Shown here in pieces: positions 8,664-17,834 of a stretch of 42,084 nucleotides of DNA. The first letter of the stretch is position 1, and the number at the start of each line of letters is the position of its first letter. The stretch lies in NCBI GenBank assembly GCA_041751715.1, contig JBGSWY010000345.1, positions 1-42,084 on the forward strand, in the 5' to 3' direction. A model generated the notes under the pieces. That model made no database searches. It worked only from the letters and a program-made list of their open reading frames with translations, and was not told the DNA's origin. The stretch comes from Burkholderiaceae bacterium. Its GTDB lineage: Bacteria > Pseudomonadota > Gammaproteobacteria > Burkholderiales > Burkholderiaceae_F. The translations under genes were made by a program, and so were the position numbers.

Positions 8664-9917
8664 ATGGAGCCGATTCTGTTTCTGGTTCACCGTATCCCGT
8701 TTCCGCCGAACAAGGGCGACAAGATTCGGTCGCATCATTTATTGCGCCACTTGGCGCAGCGCTATCGAGTGCACGCAGGAACGTTCATCGATAACCCGGG
8801 GGACGCCGTGCACATTCCTGCGCTCGACGCGCTTTGCGCTTCACACTGCGTGGTCAAGCTGAACCGACGCGTGGCGACCTTACGCAGCACCGTTGGCTTT
8901 CTAACCGGAGAGCCGCTGACGCGGCCCTACTACCGCAGCTCTGAGCTGAGTCGTTGGGTCGAGCGCACGATCCGGCAGAACAATATTCGCAAGGCCGTCG
9001 TTTTCTCGAGCGCGATGGCGCAGTATGTCGAGCGGCTGCCGGGTCTTCACGTGGTGCTCGATCTGGTCGATGTCGATTCCGCCAAGTGGATGCAGTATGC
9101 CGAGCGACGCCGCTGGCCTGCCTCATTCATCTATCGGCGCGAGGGCGAAAAATTGCTCGAGGTTGAGCGGCGTGCGACTGCTCGGGCAGCAGCCAGCGTA
9201 TTCGTCACACGTAGCGAAGCTGACTTGTTCGTTCGACTGGCGCCCGAGTGCAGCAGCAAGGTGCACGTGATCGAAATGGGTGTCGATACCGGCTACCTTG
9301 CGCCCCGTGACGACCGCTCGTCACCCTACTCGGCAAACGAAGCGGCAATCGTGTTTACCGGCGCGATGGACTATTGGCCGAACATCGACGCCGTGACGTG
9401 GTTCGCGCGTGAAGTGCTGCCAAGTGTAGTGCGGCAACGCCCCGACGCGCGCTTCTATATCGTCGGCATGAATCCGCCAAAGAGCGTCCGCGCGCTCGCC
9501 AGCGACGACAGCATCGTCGTGACCGGCAAGGTGCCGGATGTCAGGCCGTACCTGCAGTACGCGGCCGCAGTGGTTGCTCCGCTACAGATTGCGCGCGGGA
9601 TACAAAACAAAATCCTGGAAGCGATGGCAATGGCAAGACCGGTGGTGGTGTCATCGGTGGCAGCCGGTGGGGTGAGGGGATTGCCCGGCATCGAATTGGA
9701 GACAGCCGGCGATGCCGAAGAATTCAGCCGCAAATTATTGGCGGTGATGCGTGCCGAGCGAGGCGGGCCGATGGGCGAGCGCGCGCGCGCCCGGATCGTG
9801 GCCGACTATCGTTGGCCGCGCAATTTGGCGGTGTTCGATGCACTGCTCGGTCGTGAGTCCGTCGTGCTGCGGCCAACGTCAACCGAGCGCGCGCTGCAAC
9901 CAACCCTGGTGCGCTGA
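8664..9917 (+). CDS. Group-1 (GT4) glycosyltransferase, PEP-CTERM/XrtA-associated 'stp1'-like
   Basis: ILFLVHRIPFPPNKGDKIRSHH N-terminus. IVFTGAMDYWPNIDAVTWF and GIQNKILEAMAMARPVV (E-x7-E region). GAGG Shine-Dalgarno upstream of the ATG. Confidence 0.8.
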   Translation: MEPILFLVHRIPFPPNKGDKIRSHHLLRHLAQRYRVHAGTFIDNPGDAVHIPALDALCASHCVVKLNRRVATLRSTVGFLTGEPLTRPYYRSSELSRWVERTIRQNNIRKAVVFSSAMAQYVERLPGLHVVLDLVDVDSAKWMQYAERRRWPASFIYRREGEKLLEVERRATARAAASVFVTRSEADLFVRLAPECSSKVHVIEMGVDTGYLAPRDDRSSPYSANEAAIVFTGAMDYWPNIDAVTWFAREVLPSVVRQRPDARFYIVGMNPPKSVRALASDDSIVVTGKVPDVRPYLQYAAAVVAPLQIARGIQNKILEAMAMARPVVVSSVAAGGVRGLPGIELETAGDAEEFSRKLLAVMRAERGGPMGERARARIVADYRWPRNLAVFDALLGRESVVLRPTSTERALQPTLVR

Positions 9918-9986
9918 CATGCAAGCTGACGCTCAGCCGCTGACCCATGCTCGCCACCCGGTTGCGCTCGAGACGACTGCCAGGCA

Positions 9987-11192
9987 ATGAGCGACCGCTA
10001 TCACGCAAATCGTCCACCGTTGATAGCCCACGTCGTCTATCGCTTCGACGTTGGAGGGCTTGAAAACGGTGTGGTCAATTTGATCAATCGATTGCCGGTG
10101 TCAAGCTGGCGGCATGCGGTGATAGCGCTGACCGAAATCTCACCCACATTCGCAAAGCGCGTGCATAGGCAGGATGTGCAGTATCTGTCGCTGAACAAGT
10201 CTGCCGGCCATTTGTGGAAGCTTTACCCGCGTTTGCTGCGAATGTTTCGGGAACTGCAGCCGGCCGTCGTGCACACACGCAACCTGGCAGCGCTGGAGGC
10301 GGTGGTGCCGGCCTGGGTGGCTGGTGTGCAGACGCGTCTTCATGGAGAACACGGGCGCGACGCGCTTGACCCCGATGGCGCACGACGCCGCTACCAATGG
10401 GTGCGGCGCGCCTATGCTCCGTTCGTATCGCGTTACGTTGCCATGTCGAAGGACCTCGAGCGCTACTTGGTTGATCGTGTAGGCATTGGGGCGGACCGTG
10501 TGGTGCAGCTGTACAACGGCGTCGATTCGAATCGGTTTCATCCCGTCATTGGGGCACGTACGGCGATCGATGGCTGCCCGTTCCGCGATCCCGAGCACTG
10601 GCTGGTTGGCACGGTCGGCCGCCTGGATCACGTGAAAGACCAAGTCACGCTGGCCCGCGCATTCGTACTCGCGCTGCAGATGAATCCGAGCGCGGGAAAC
10701 CGAATGCGCCTCGTTATCGTCGGGGAAGGGGCGCTGCGCGGCGAAGTCGAGCGCATCCTGAATGAAGGCGGCATACGTGAGCTGGCATGGCTCGCCGGTG
10801 AGCGAAGCGACATTCCGGACGTGATGCGCAATCTCGACTGTTTCGTGCTGTCGTCGCTGGGGGAGGGGGTATCCAACACCATCCTCGAAGCTATGGCGTG
10901 TGCGCTTCCGGTGGTCGCGACACAGGTTGGTGGCAATGCGGAGCTGATCAAAGATGGCGTTACCGGCCGCCTGGTGCCTGCTGCGGACCCACGCGCGCTG
11001 GCGCGGGCCATCGTCGATTACTTTGATCGACCGGCGCTGGCGGGGCAACATGGTGACGCCGGTCGCACTCGAGTAAAAGAGAGCTTCAGTCTTGACCGCA
11101 TGGTCGACAGCTACCATCAGTTATATCTCACCGAGTTGCGTCAGCGCAGCAGTGCGGCGCGTTCGGCATCCAATTTACGGTCGGAGCTTTGA
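9987..11192 (+). CDS. Group-1 (GT4) glycosyltransferase, PEP-CTERM/XrtA-associated 'stp2'-like
   Basis: IAHVVYRFDVGGLENGVVNLIN, LYNGVD, and LSSLGEGVSNTILEAMACALPVVATQVGGNAELI (GT4 E-x7-E). Confidence 0.8.
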   Translation: MSDRYHANRPPLIAHVVYRFDVGGLENGVVNLINRLPVSSWRHAVIALTEISPTFAKRVHRQDVQYLSLNKSAGHLWKLYPRLLRMFRELQPAVVHTRNLAALEAVVPAWVAGVQTRLHGEHGRDALDPDGARRRYQWVRRAYAPFVSRYVAMSKDLERYLVDRVGIGADRVVQLYNGVDSNRFHPVIGARTAIDGCPFRDPEHWLVGTVGRLDHVKDQVTLARAFVLALQMNPSAGNRMRLVIVGEGALRGEVERILNEGGIRELAWLAGERSDIPDVMRNLDCFVLSSLGEGVSNTILEAMACALPVVATQVGGNAELIKDGVTGRLVPAADPRALARAIVDYFDRPALAGQHGDAGRTRVKESFSLDRMVDSYHQLYLTELRQRSSAARSASNLRSEL

Positions 11193-11197
11193 GTCCC

Positions 11198-13126
11198 ATG
11201 TGCGGCATCGTCGCCATCATTGATCTGCGTTCGCGCCGGCCTGTCGACCGCGACACGCTGGTTCGCATGAACGAATCACAACACCATCGCGGTCCGGATG
11301 AAGGCGGACTTCACCTGGCCCCCGGCATCGGCCTCGGACACCGTCGGCTTTCGATCATCGATCTCGCCACCGGCCAGCAGCCGCTGTACAACGCCGACCG
11401 CTCAGTAGTCGTGATCTTCAACGGCGAGATCTACAACTATGGGGAGTTGATCACCGAGTTGAGCACGCTCGGCTACGTGTTCAGCACCCGCAGCGATACC
11501 GAAGTCATCGTGCATGCGTGGGAAGCGTGGGGCGAGCGATGCGTCGATCGCTTGCGCGGCATGTTTGCGTTCGTGCTGTGGGACGAGAAACAGCAGACAG
11601 CGTTTCTTGCGCGCGATCGATTGGGAGTGAAGCCGCTGTTTTACGCCGAGCTACCTGACGGCTACTTGATCGTCGGCTCCGAGCTGAAGTCACTGCTCGC
11701 ACATGGCGCACTCCGGCGCGAGATCGATCCGCTGGCGGTCGAAGATTATTTCGCGTTCGGTTACGTGCCCGAGCCGCGGACGATTTTCGGCGCTGCGCTG
11801 AAGCTGCCGCCGGCCCATACGCTGACGGTCCGGCGCAGTGCGCCGGTACCGGCGCCGCGCGAGTACTGGGATGTGGTGTTTACCGGCTCGAGCACGTTGA
11901 CGGCCGAGCAGGCCGGCGCCGAGCTGATCGATCGCCTGCGAGAAAGCGTCCGGCTGCGCATGATCTCCGAAGTACCGCTGGGCGCGTTTCTTTCCGGCGG
12001 TGTCGATTCGAGCGCAGTCGTGGCGATGATGGCGGAGACATCGGCGGCGCCGGTGAACACGTGCTCGATTTCGTTTTCCGATGCGCAGTACGACGAGTCG
12101 AAATATGCGCAGCAGGTGGCGCAGCGCTACCGCACCCGGCACACCGTCGAGCGCGTCGAAAGCGATGATTTCGATTTGATCGACCTGCTCGCACGTCTGT
12201 ACGACGAACCGTATGCGGACAGCTCGGCAATCCCCACCTACCGCGTGTGCGAGCTGGCGCGCAAGCACGTGACGGTCGCACTATCCGGCGATGGCGGCGA
12301 CGAAAGCTTCGGCGGTTATCGTCGTTACCGGCTGCACATGCTGGAGGAGCGGATGCGGCAACCGCTGCCGCTGGCATTGCGCCGGCCGGTGTTCGGCCTG
12401 CTCGGCCGCGTGTATCCAAAAGCCGATTGGGCGCCGCGCGTACTTCGCGGCAAGACCACTTTGCAGGCGCTCGCGCGCGATTCGGTGCAGGCGTACTTTC
12501 ACAGCATGTCGATTCTGCGCGACGATATGCGCAGCCGTTTGTATTCGAACTCGTTCAAGGCCGAGCTTGCCGGCTACAACGCGATCGAGGTGTTCCAGCG
12601 TCACGCGGCAAAGACCAGCCAGGACGATCCGCTGGCGCTGATTCAGTACCTGGACATCAAGACCTACCTGGTCGGCGATATCAATACGAAGGTCGACCGT
12701 GCCAGCATGGCGCATTCGCTCGAAGTACGTGAGCCGTTAATGGATCACCTGCTGGTGGAATGGATTGCCAGCCTGCCATCGTCGTTCAAGCTGCGCGGCG
12801 GCGAAGGAAAGTGGTTGTTCAAAAAGGCGATGCAACCGTATTTGCCGAACGAGGTGCTGTACCGACCGAAGATGGGCTTCGCGGTGCCGCTCGCATCGTG
12901 GCTGCGCGGGCCGCTGCGTGAGCGAGTGCGCGCAGCCGTGCTCGGCGATGCCCTGGCCGGCACCGGACTGTTCGACCCGAGTTATCTGCGCCAACTGCTC
13001 GATCAACATCAATCGGGCCGGCGCGATCACAGCGATCCGCTCTGGTCGTTACTGATGTTCGAGGCTTTCGTCCGCCAGGGGGGAGAGCAGCAACCGAGCG
13101 CCCATCTGAGCAGGCTATCGGCGTGA
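11198..13126 (+). CDS. asnB: Asparagine synthase-family glutamine amidotransferase (XrtA-system amidotransferase type)
   Basis: The start at 11198 gives an MCGI Ntn nucleophile. Also HHRGPD, HRRLSIIDL, FNGEIYNY, SDTEV, PP-loop FLSGGVDSS and LSGDGGDESFGGYRRY. Confidence 0.9.
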   Translation: MCGIVAIIDLRSRRPVDRDTLVRMNESQHHRGPDEGGLHLAPGIGLGHRRLSIIDLATGQQPLYNADRSVVVIFNGEIYNYGELITELSTLGYVFSTRSDTEVIVHAWEAWGERCVDRLRGMFAFVLWDEKQQTAFLARDRLGVKPLFYAELPDGYLIVGSELKSLLAHGALRREIDPLAVEDYFAFGYVPEPRTIFGAALKLPPAHTLTVRRSAPVPAPREYWDVVFTGSSTLTAEQAGAELIDRLRESVRLRMISEVPLGAFLSGGVDSSAVVAMMAETSAAPVNTCSISFSDAQYDESKYAQQVAQRYRTRHTVERVESDDFDLIDLLARLYDEPYADSSAIPTYRVCELARKHVTVALSGDGGDESFGGYRRYRLHMLEERMRQPLPLALRRPVFGLLGRVYPKADWAPRVLRGKTTLQALARDSVQAYFHSMSILRDDMRSRLYSNSFKAELAGYNAIEVFQRHAAKTSQDDPLALIQYLDIKTYLVGDINTKVDRASMAHSLEVREPLMDHLLVEWIASLPSSFKLRGGEGKWLFKKAMQPYLPNEVLYRPKMGFAVPLASWLRGPLRERVRAAVLGDALAGTGLFDPSYLRQLLDQHQSGRRDHSDPLWSLLMFEAFVRQGGEQQPSAHLSRLSA

Positions 13127-14376
13127 GCGGTGAATCGAGTCCGCGTTTGTTGGTGCTTTCTTCGCTGTTTCCGAGCGCGGCGCAGCCGAATGCCGGCGTG
13201 TTCATTCGCGAGCGGATGTTCCGCGTCGGAAAATATGTGCCCATTGTGGTGGTCGCTCCGCAGGCCTGGTTTCCGGGACAGTCGCTGATCCGACGGTTTC
13301 GTCCTCACTTTCGCCCACCGGCAGCGACGCACGAAGTCATGGACGGCATCGATGTGCACCGGCCGCGCTTCTTTTGCATCCCCGGCATGCTGAAACGGAC
13401 CGATGGCGTGTTCATGGCTTTGTCATCGTTTTTCGCCGTGCGCGCAGTGGCGCGCGATCATCGCGCCAACATCATCGACGCGCACTTCGGCTATCCCGAC
13501 GGCTATGCTGCGGCTCTGCTTGGGCGCTGGCTGAAGCTGCCGGTGATGCTGACGTTGCGCGGCAATGAAGAGAGCCAGGCGCGTAGCGGCGTTGCCGCTG
13601 CGCTCAAGCGTGCGATCAACGGCGCCGATCGATTGATTACGGTGTCCGCTGCCTTGCAGACGCTTGCCATCGAACAAGGAGCAAGCCCAACGCGTGTACA
13701 GGTGGTCGGCAACGGCGTCGATCTTTCGAAGTTCACCCCGGTTTCGCGCGCAGACGCGCGCCGGCAGTTTGGACTGCCGGCCGATGCGACAGTGCTGATC
13801 TCGGTCGGGGCGCTGAGCGAGCGCAAGGGCTTTCATCGCGTGATCGAATGCCTGCCCGGGTTGCTGGCGTCACACCCAACACTGCACTTGATGCTGATCG
13901 GCGGCCCCGGCCCCGAGGGTGATATGGACAGGCGTCTAAAGAGCATGGCCGACTCGCTCGGCCTTGATAGTCGGGTTCACTTTCTCGGCGCGCTCCCGCA
14001 CGCACAGTTGCCTGTCGCGCTCTCGGCCGCCGATGTGTTCGTGCTGGCGACTTCGTACGAAGGCTGGGCCAATGTGTTTCTTGAAGCGATGGCGTGTGGC
14101 CTGCCGGTGGTGACGACCGATGTCGGAGGCAACTCTCAGGTCGTGAACGATCGGTCGCTCGGCCGCATCGTTCCGTTCGGCGACGCGCATCGTCTGCAAC
14201 AAGCGATCGACGAAGCGCTTCGCACGAATTGGGACCGCGAGTCGATCCGCGCGTATGCCGAGTCGAATTCATGGGAGCGGCGCATGCAGCCGCTGCTCGA
14301 TGCGTATCGTCAACTGTTGTTGAGCGGTCGAACCGAACGTGAGCATGCAAGTACCGAGGTCGGCCATGCTGGATAG
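13123..14376 (+). CDS. Group-1 (GT4) glycosyltransferase
   Basis: RLLVLSSLFPSAAQPNAGVFIRE, VVGNGVD, and ATSYEGWANVFLEAMACGLPVVTTDVGGNSQVV. A GTG start overlaps the asnB stop. Confidence 0.8.
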   Translation: MSGESSPRLLVLSSLFPSAAQPNAGVFIRERMFRVGKYVPIVVVAPQAWFPGQSLIRRFRPHFRPPAATHEVMDGIDVHRPRFFCIPGMLKRTDGVFMALSSFFAVRAVARDHRANIIDAHFGYPDGYAAALLGRWLKLPVMLTLRGNEESQARSGVAAALKRAINGADRLITVSAALQTLAIEQGASPTRVQVVGNGVDLSKFTPVSRADARRQFGLPADATVLISVGALSERKGFHRVIECLPGLLASHPTLHLMLIGGPGPEGDMDRRLKSMADSLGLDSRVHFLGALPHAQLPVALSAADVFVLATSYEGWANVFLEAMACGLPVVTTDVGGNSQVVNDRSLGRIVPFGDAHRLQQAIDEALRTNWDRESIRAYAESNSWERRMQPLLDAYRQLLLSGRTEREHASTEVGHAG

Positions 14377-15331
14377 CGCGCTGCGGGCGATCTATTCAAC
14401 CCTGGCGCCGGCCGGTGATCGTGCGCGCCATTCCACCTTGATCTTTCATCGCGTACTTAGCGCCCCCGATCCGTTGCTGCCCGATGAGCCGAGCGCTGCC
14501 GAATTCGAGCAACGGATGCGCTGGGTGCGCGAGCACTTCAACGTCATCCCGTTGGCCGACGCAGTCGAGAAGCTGAAGCGCGGTGCGCTTCCGACACGAT
14601 CCCTGGCGATCACGTTCGACGACGGCTATGCAGACAACGAGCAGATCGCAGCGCCGATTCTGCGCAAGCTCGGCTTGCCGGCAACCTTCTTTATCGCGAC
14701 CGGTTATCTCGACGGCGGCCGCATGTTCAACGATTCAGTCATCGCTGCAGTGCGCGGCTGCCGACGTGACAGTCTCGATCTCACCGAGCTCGGCCTTCAG
14801 GTACACCCGCTTGAATCGATCGATCAGCGCAGGCGTGCGATCTCGGTGCTGTTGCCGGAGGTAAAGAGCCTCGAGCCGGAGCGTCGCACGGCGACCGCAG
14901 AGCGTATTTGCCGGCTTGCAGAAGTGGTTCCGCCGGATGACTTGATGATGACCTCATCGCAAGTAGCGGCGCTCGCGCGGACGGGCTTCGGCATCGGCGG
15001 ACACACGGTGAATCACCCGATCCTCGCGGGTATGGATTCGGCGGCCGCGCGCGATGAAATTCAGCACGGCCGGCAGCGGCTGGAAGAGATTACGCAGCAC
15101 GCGGTTCGTCTATTCGCCTATCCGAACGGCCGGCCCGGCGAGGATTACACGATTCACACGACCGAGCTGGTACGGGAACTGGGCTTTGCGGCGGCCTTCA
15201 GCACTGCGAACGGAGTTGCCGACCGCAACGCGGATTTGTTTCAGTTGCCGCGCTTCACTCCTTGGGACAAAGGCAAACTGAAATTCGGCTTGAGAATGGG
15301 GCGCAATTTGCTGAGTACTCAGCCACAATGA
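14366..15331 (+). CDS. Polysaccharide deacetylase family protein (CE4/NodB)
   Basis: LAITFDDGYADN, ATFFIATGY, GIGGHTVNHPIL and FAYPNG motifs. The start is uncertain (GTG 14339, ATG 14345 or ATG 14366). I chose 14366 as the shortest overlap with the upstream GT. Confidence 0.8.
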   Translation: MLDSALRAIYSTLAPAGDRARHSTLIFHRVLSAPDPLLPDEPSAAEFEQRMRWVREHFNVIPLADAVEKLKRGALPTRSLAITFDDGYADNEQIAAPILRKLGLPATFFIATGYLDGGRMFNDSVIAAVRGCRRDSLDLTELGLQVHPLESIDQRRRAISVLLPEVKSLEPERRTATAERICRLAEVVPPDDLMMTSSQVAALARTGFGIGGHTVNHPILAGMDSAAARDEIQHGRQRLEEITQHAVRLFAYPNGRPGEDYTIHTTELVRELGFAAAFSTANGVADRNADLFQLPRFTPWDKGKLKFGLRMGRNLLSTQPQ

Positions 15332-16644
15332 AAATCAGCATCTTCGGCCTCGGATATGTGGGCAGCGTTTCGGCGGCCTGCCTGGCGCGTGACGGCCACG
15401 ATGTACTGGGCGTGGATCTGAATCCGCAAAAGCTCGCATTGCTGCGGTCGGGCAAGGCGCCGATCGTCGAAGATGGAATTCAGGAGCTCACGCGCGCTGC
15501 GGTGCAGTCGGGCCGTCTGCAAGTGACCGACGATGCTGCTGGCGCGATTGCCGAGACCGACCTGTCGTTCATCTGCGTCGGCACGCCATCGTCGTCGAAC
15601 GGTTCGCAGGATCTGTCGGCAGTCGTGCGCGTGGCCGAAGCGATCGGCGCTGCGCTCGCGCGCAAGCGAGCGTTTCACACGGTGGTGCTGCGCTCGACCG
15701 TCGCACCGGGGACTGCGCTCGACCTAGTGCGTCCGGCGCTCGAATCCACGAGCGGCAAGCGCTCCGGCGCTGACTTCGGGCTGTGCTTTCAGCCCGAGTT
15801 TTTGCGCGAAGGCAGTTCGATCAAGGACTATGACCATCCGCCGTTCACGCTGGTCGGTGGAGATTCACCCGATTCGATCGAAGTGTTGCGAAAAATTTTC
15901 GGGCATTTGCCGTGCGACTTCATCGCGACCGACATTCGCACGGCGGAAGCGCTAAAGCTGGTATGCAATGCCTTTCACGCACTGAAAATCACCTTCGCCA
16001 ATGAAGTGGGCCGCATTGCCGGTGCGCTCGAGATCGACGGTCGGCAGATCATGTCTTTGGTATGCCGCGACACGCGACTGAATATCTCACCCGCCTACAT
16101 GAAGCCGGGCTTTGCGTTCGGCGGGTCGTGCCTCCCTAAAGACCTGCGCGCGCTGACGTACCTCGGTCGAGCGCGCGATGTGGAAACTCCGGTGCTGAGC
16201 AGCATTCTGCCGAGCAATCAGATTCATATCGACAAAGTGGTCGAGCGCGTGCTGGCCGACAAGCGCCGGCGCGTCGGAATGTTGGGGCTGAGCTTCAAGC
16301 CGGGCACCGACGATCTGCGTGAAAGCCCGCTCGTGACGTTGGCTGAGCGCCTGTTGGGTAAGGGCTTGCGGCTGTCGATCTACGACGCCGACGTCAGTTT
16401 GTCGCGACTGATCGGAGCCAACAAGCAGTACATCGATGATGCTATTCCGCACCTGGGCGAATTGTTGACCGCGAGCGCTGAAGAAACGATCGAGGACGCG
16501 GACACCGTGATCGTCGGGCACTCCCTTCCCTCGGTCTGGGAAAGTCTGTACGCGCATGGCACGCGCGCGCAACTTGTGATCGACCTGGCCGGCAATGGCG
16601 ATCGCACGCGCATTTCATCGGACTACTGGGGCGTGTGTTGGTAA
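15328..16644 (+). CDS. Nucleotide-sugar 6-dehydrogenase, best resembling GDP-mannose 6-dehydrogenase (AlgD-like)
   Basis: MKISIFGLGYVGSV NAD fold, FICVGTP, NPEFLREGS-like QPEFLREGSSIKDY, catalytic-Cys motif GFAFGGSCLPKDLRALTY, LGLSFKPGTDDLRESP. The C-terminus ...GVCW parallels my recollection of AlgD end to end. The start ATG overlaps the upstream stop (ATGA). Confidence 0.75.
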   Translation: MKISIFGLGYVGSVSAACLARDGHDVLGVDLNPQKLALLRSGKAPIVEDGIQELTRAAVQSGRLQVTDDAAGAIAETDLSFICVGTPSSSNGSQDLSAVVRVAEAIGAALARKRAFHTVVLRSTVAPGTALDLVRPALESTSGKRSGADFGLCFQPEFLREGSSIKDYDHPPFTLVGGDSPDSIEVLRKIFGHLPCDFIATDIRTAEALKLVCNAFHALKITFANEVGRIAGALEIDGRQIMSLVCRDTRLNISPAYMKPGFAFGGSCLPKDLRALTYLGRARDVETPVLSSILPSNQIHIDKVVERVLADKRRRVGMLGLSFKPGTDDLRESPLVTLAERLLGKGLRLSIYDADVSLSRLIGANKQYIDDAIPHLGELLTASAEETIEDADTVIVGHSLPSVWESLYAHGTRAQLVIDLAGNGDRTRISSDYWGVCW

Positions 16645-17834
16645 CAAGGCGGGTAACGCGGCCGGAGCTGGTCTTCGTCTCGCCGCGTTTCTTGTTCCCG
16701 GCCGATTCGGGGGGTGCCATCCGAACCACCGAAATATTGCGCAACATGCGCGGCGGAAAATTTCGAATTCGCTTGTTGAGCCCGGCGGCCGACGATCAGG
16801 AAAAGCGGTATGCGGCGCAGTTAGCCTCCATTGCCGATCAATGGCAATGCTGGCCGGCGCCGCAAAGAACTGCGCGACGCTGGCCGCTATTGGCGTCGAG
16901 TTTGCCGCTATCAATAGCTTCCGACCGCTCGGCAGCGGGAGTGCAGTTGGTGAAAGAAGCGTTTGCCCAAGGGCCGCAGGTAGCAGTGTTCGATTTCCTT
17001 CACTCGGCCGTGCTCGCCCCATCGCCGCGCGAGGTTCCCGCGGTGCTGTTCACGCACAACGTGGAGGCCGAGATCGTCGAGCGGCACTCGCTGCATGCGT
17101 CACGGTGGTGGACAAAATTGATGTGGCGCAATCAACTCGGCAAGATGCGCCGTTTCGAGCGCGACGCCTTGCGCCGCTTCGATCGAGTCGTCGCAGTGTC
17201 GGCGCGCGATGCAGAGCATTTCCGCCAAAATTACGCTGTGGATCAGGTCGATGTCATTCCGACCGGGGTCAACCTCGATTACTTTCACTATGCGCCGAGC
17301 GAACCGAACAATCGGATTGTTTTTACCGGGTCGATGGACTGGCTCGCGAATATCGATGCGATACGCTGGTTCCGCGCGAACATCTGGCCGCAGATCAAGG
17401 CGCAGCATCCGGCTGCGACGATGACGGTGGTGGGGCGCAATCCGCCGCCGGACCTTTCGCGCGCGGCGCTGCCCGGCTGGATCATGACCGGCCGCGTGGA
17501 CGACATTCGGCCGCACGTGCACGGTGCGGCTGTGTATGTGATTCCAATGCGCATCGGCGGCGGCACGCGCATCAAGGCGTTCGAAGCAATGGCGATGGGT
17601 GTTCCGGTCGTGGCCACATCGGTCGGTATGGAAGGTCTGGATGTCGAAGCCGGACGCCACTATCTGCAGGCCGATACAGAGCAAAAGTTTGTGCAGGCTG
17701 TCGGGTCTCTGCTGGAAAGTTCCGAGCGGGGTCGTACATTGGCTGAGGAAGCCCGCCGGCACGTCGAACAGCATTACTCGAATGCGACCGTCGCGCGCGT
17801 GTTCGAGAACATCTGCGAGAAAGCCATGCGATGA
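16635..17834 (+). CDS. Group-1 (GT4) glycosyltransferase, paralog of the stp1-like gene
   Basis: LVFVSPRFLFPADSGGAIRTTE, IVFTGSMDWLANIDAIRWF, and GGGTRIKAFEAMAMGVPVVATSVG. These run motif for motif parallel to 8664-9917. The GTG start overlaps the dehydrogenase stop. Confidence 0.8.
   Translation: MLVTRRVTRPELVFVSPRFLFPADSGGAIRTTEILRNMRGGKFRIRLLSPAADDQEKRYAAQLASIADQWQCWPAPQRTARRWPLLASSLPLSIASDRSAAGVQLVKEAFAQGPQVAVFDFLHSAVLAPSPREVPAVLFTHNVEAEIVERHSLHASRWWTKLMWRNQLGKMRRFERDALRRFDRVVAVSARDAEHFRQNYAVDQVDVIPTGVNLDYFHYAPSEPNNRIVFTGSMDWLANIDAIRWFRANIWPQIKAQHPAATMTVVGRNPPPDLSRAALPGWIMTGRVDDIRPHVHGAAVYVIPMRIGGGTRIKAFEAMAMGVPVVATSVGMEGLDVEAGRHYLQADTEQKFVQAVGSLLESSERGRTLAEEARRHVEQHYSNATVARVFENICEKAMR

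Noticed and set aside
16595-17746. 383-aa plus-strand ORF overlapping the glycosyltransferase at 16635-17834 in another frame.
   Set aside because: The sequence is Arg/Gly/Ala-rich with no domain-like pattern. The overlapping frame has complete GT4 motifs and a start coupled to the upstream stop.
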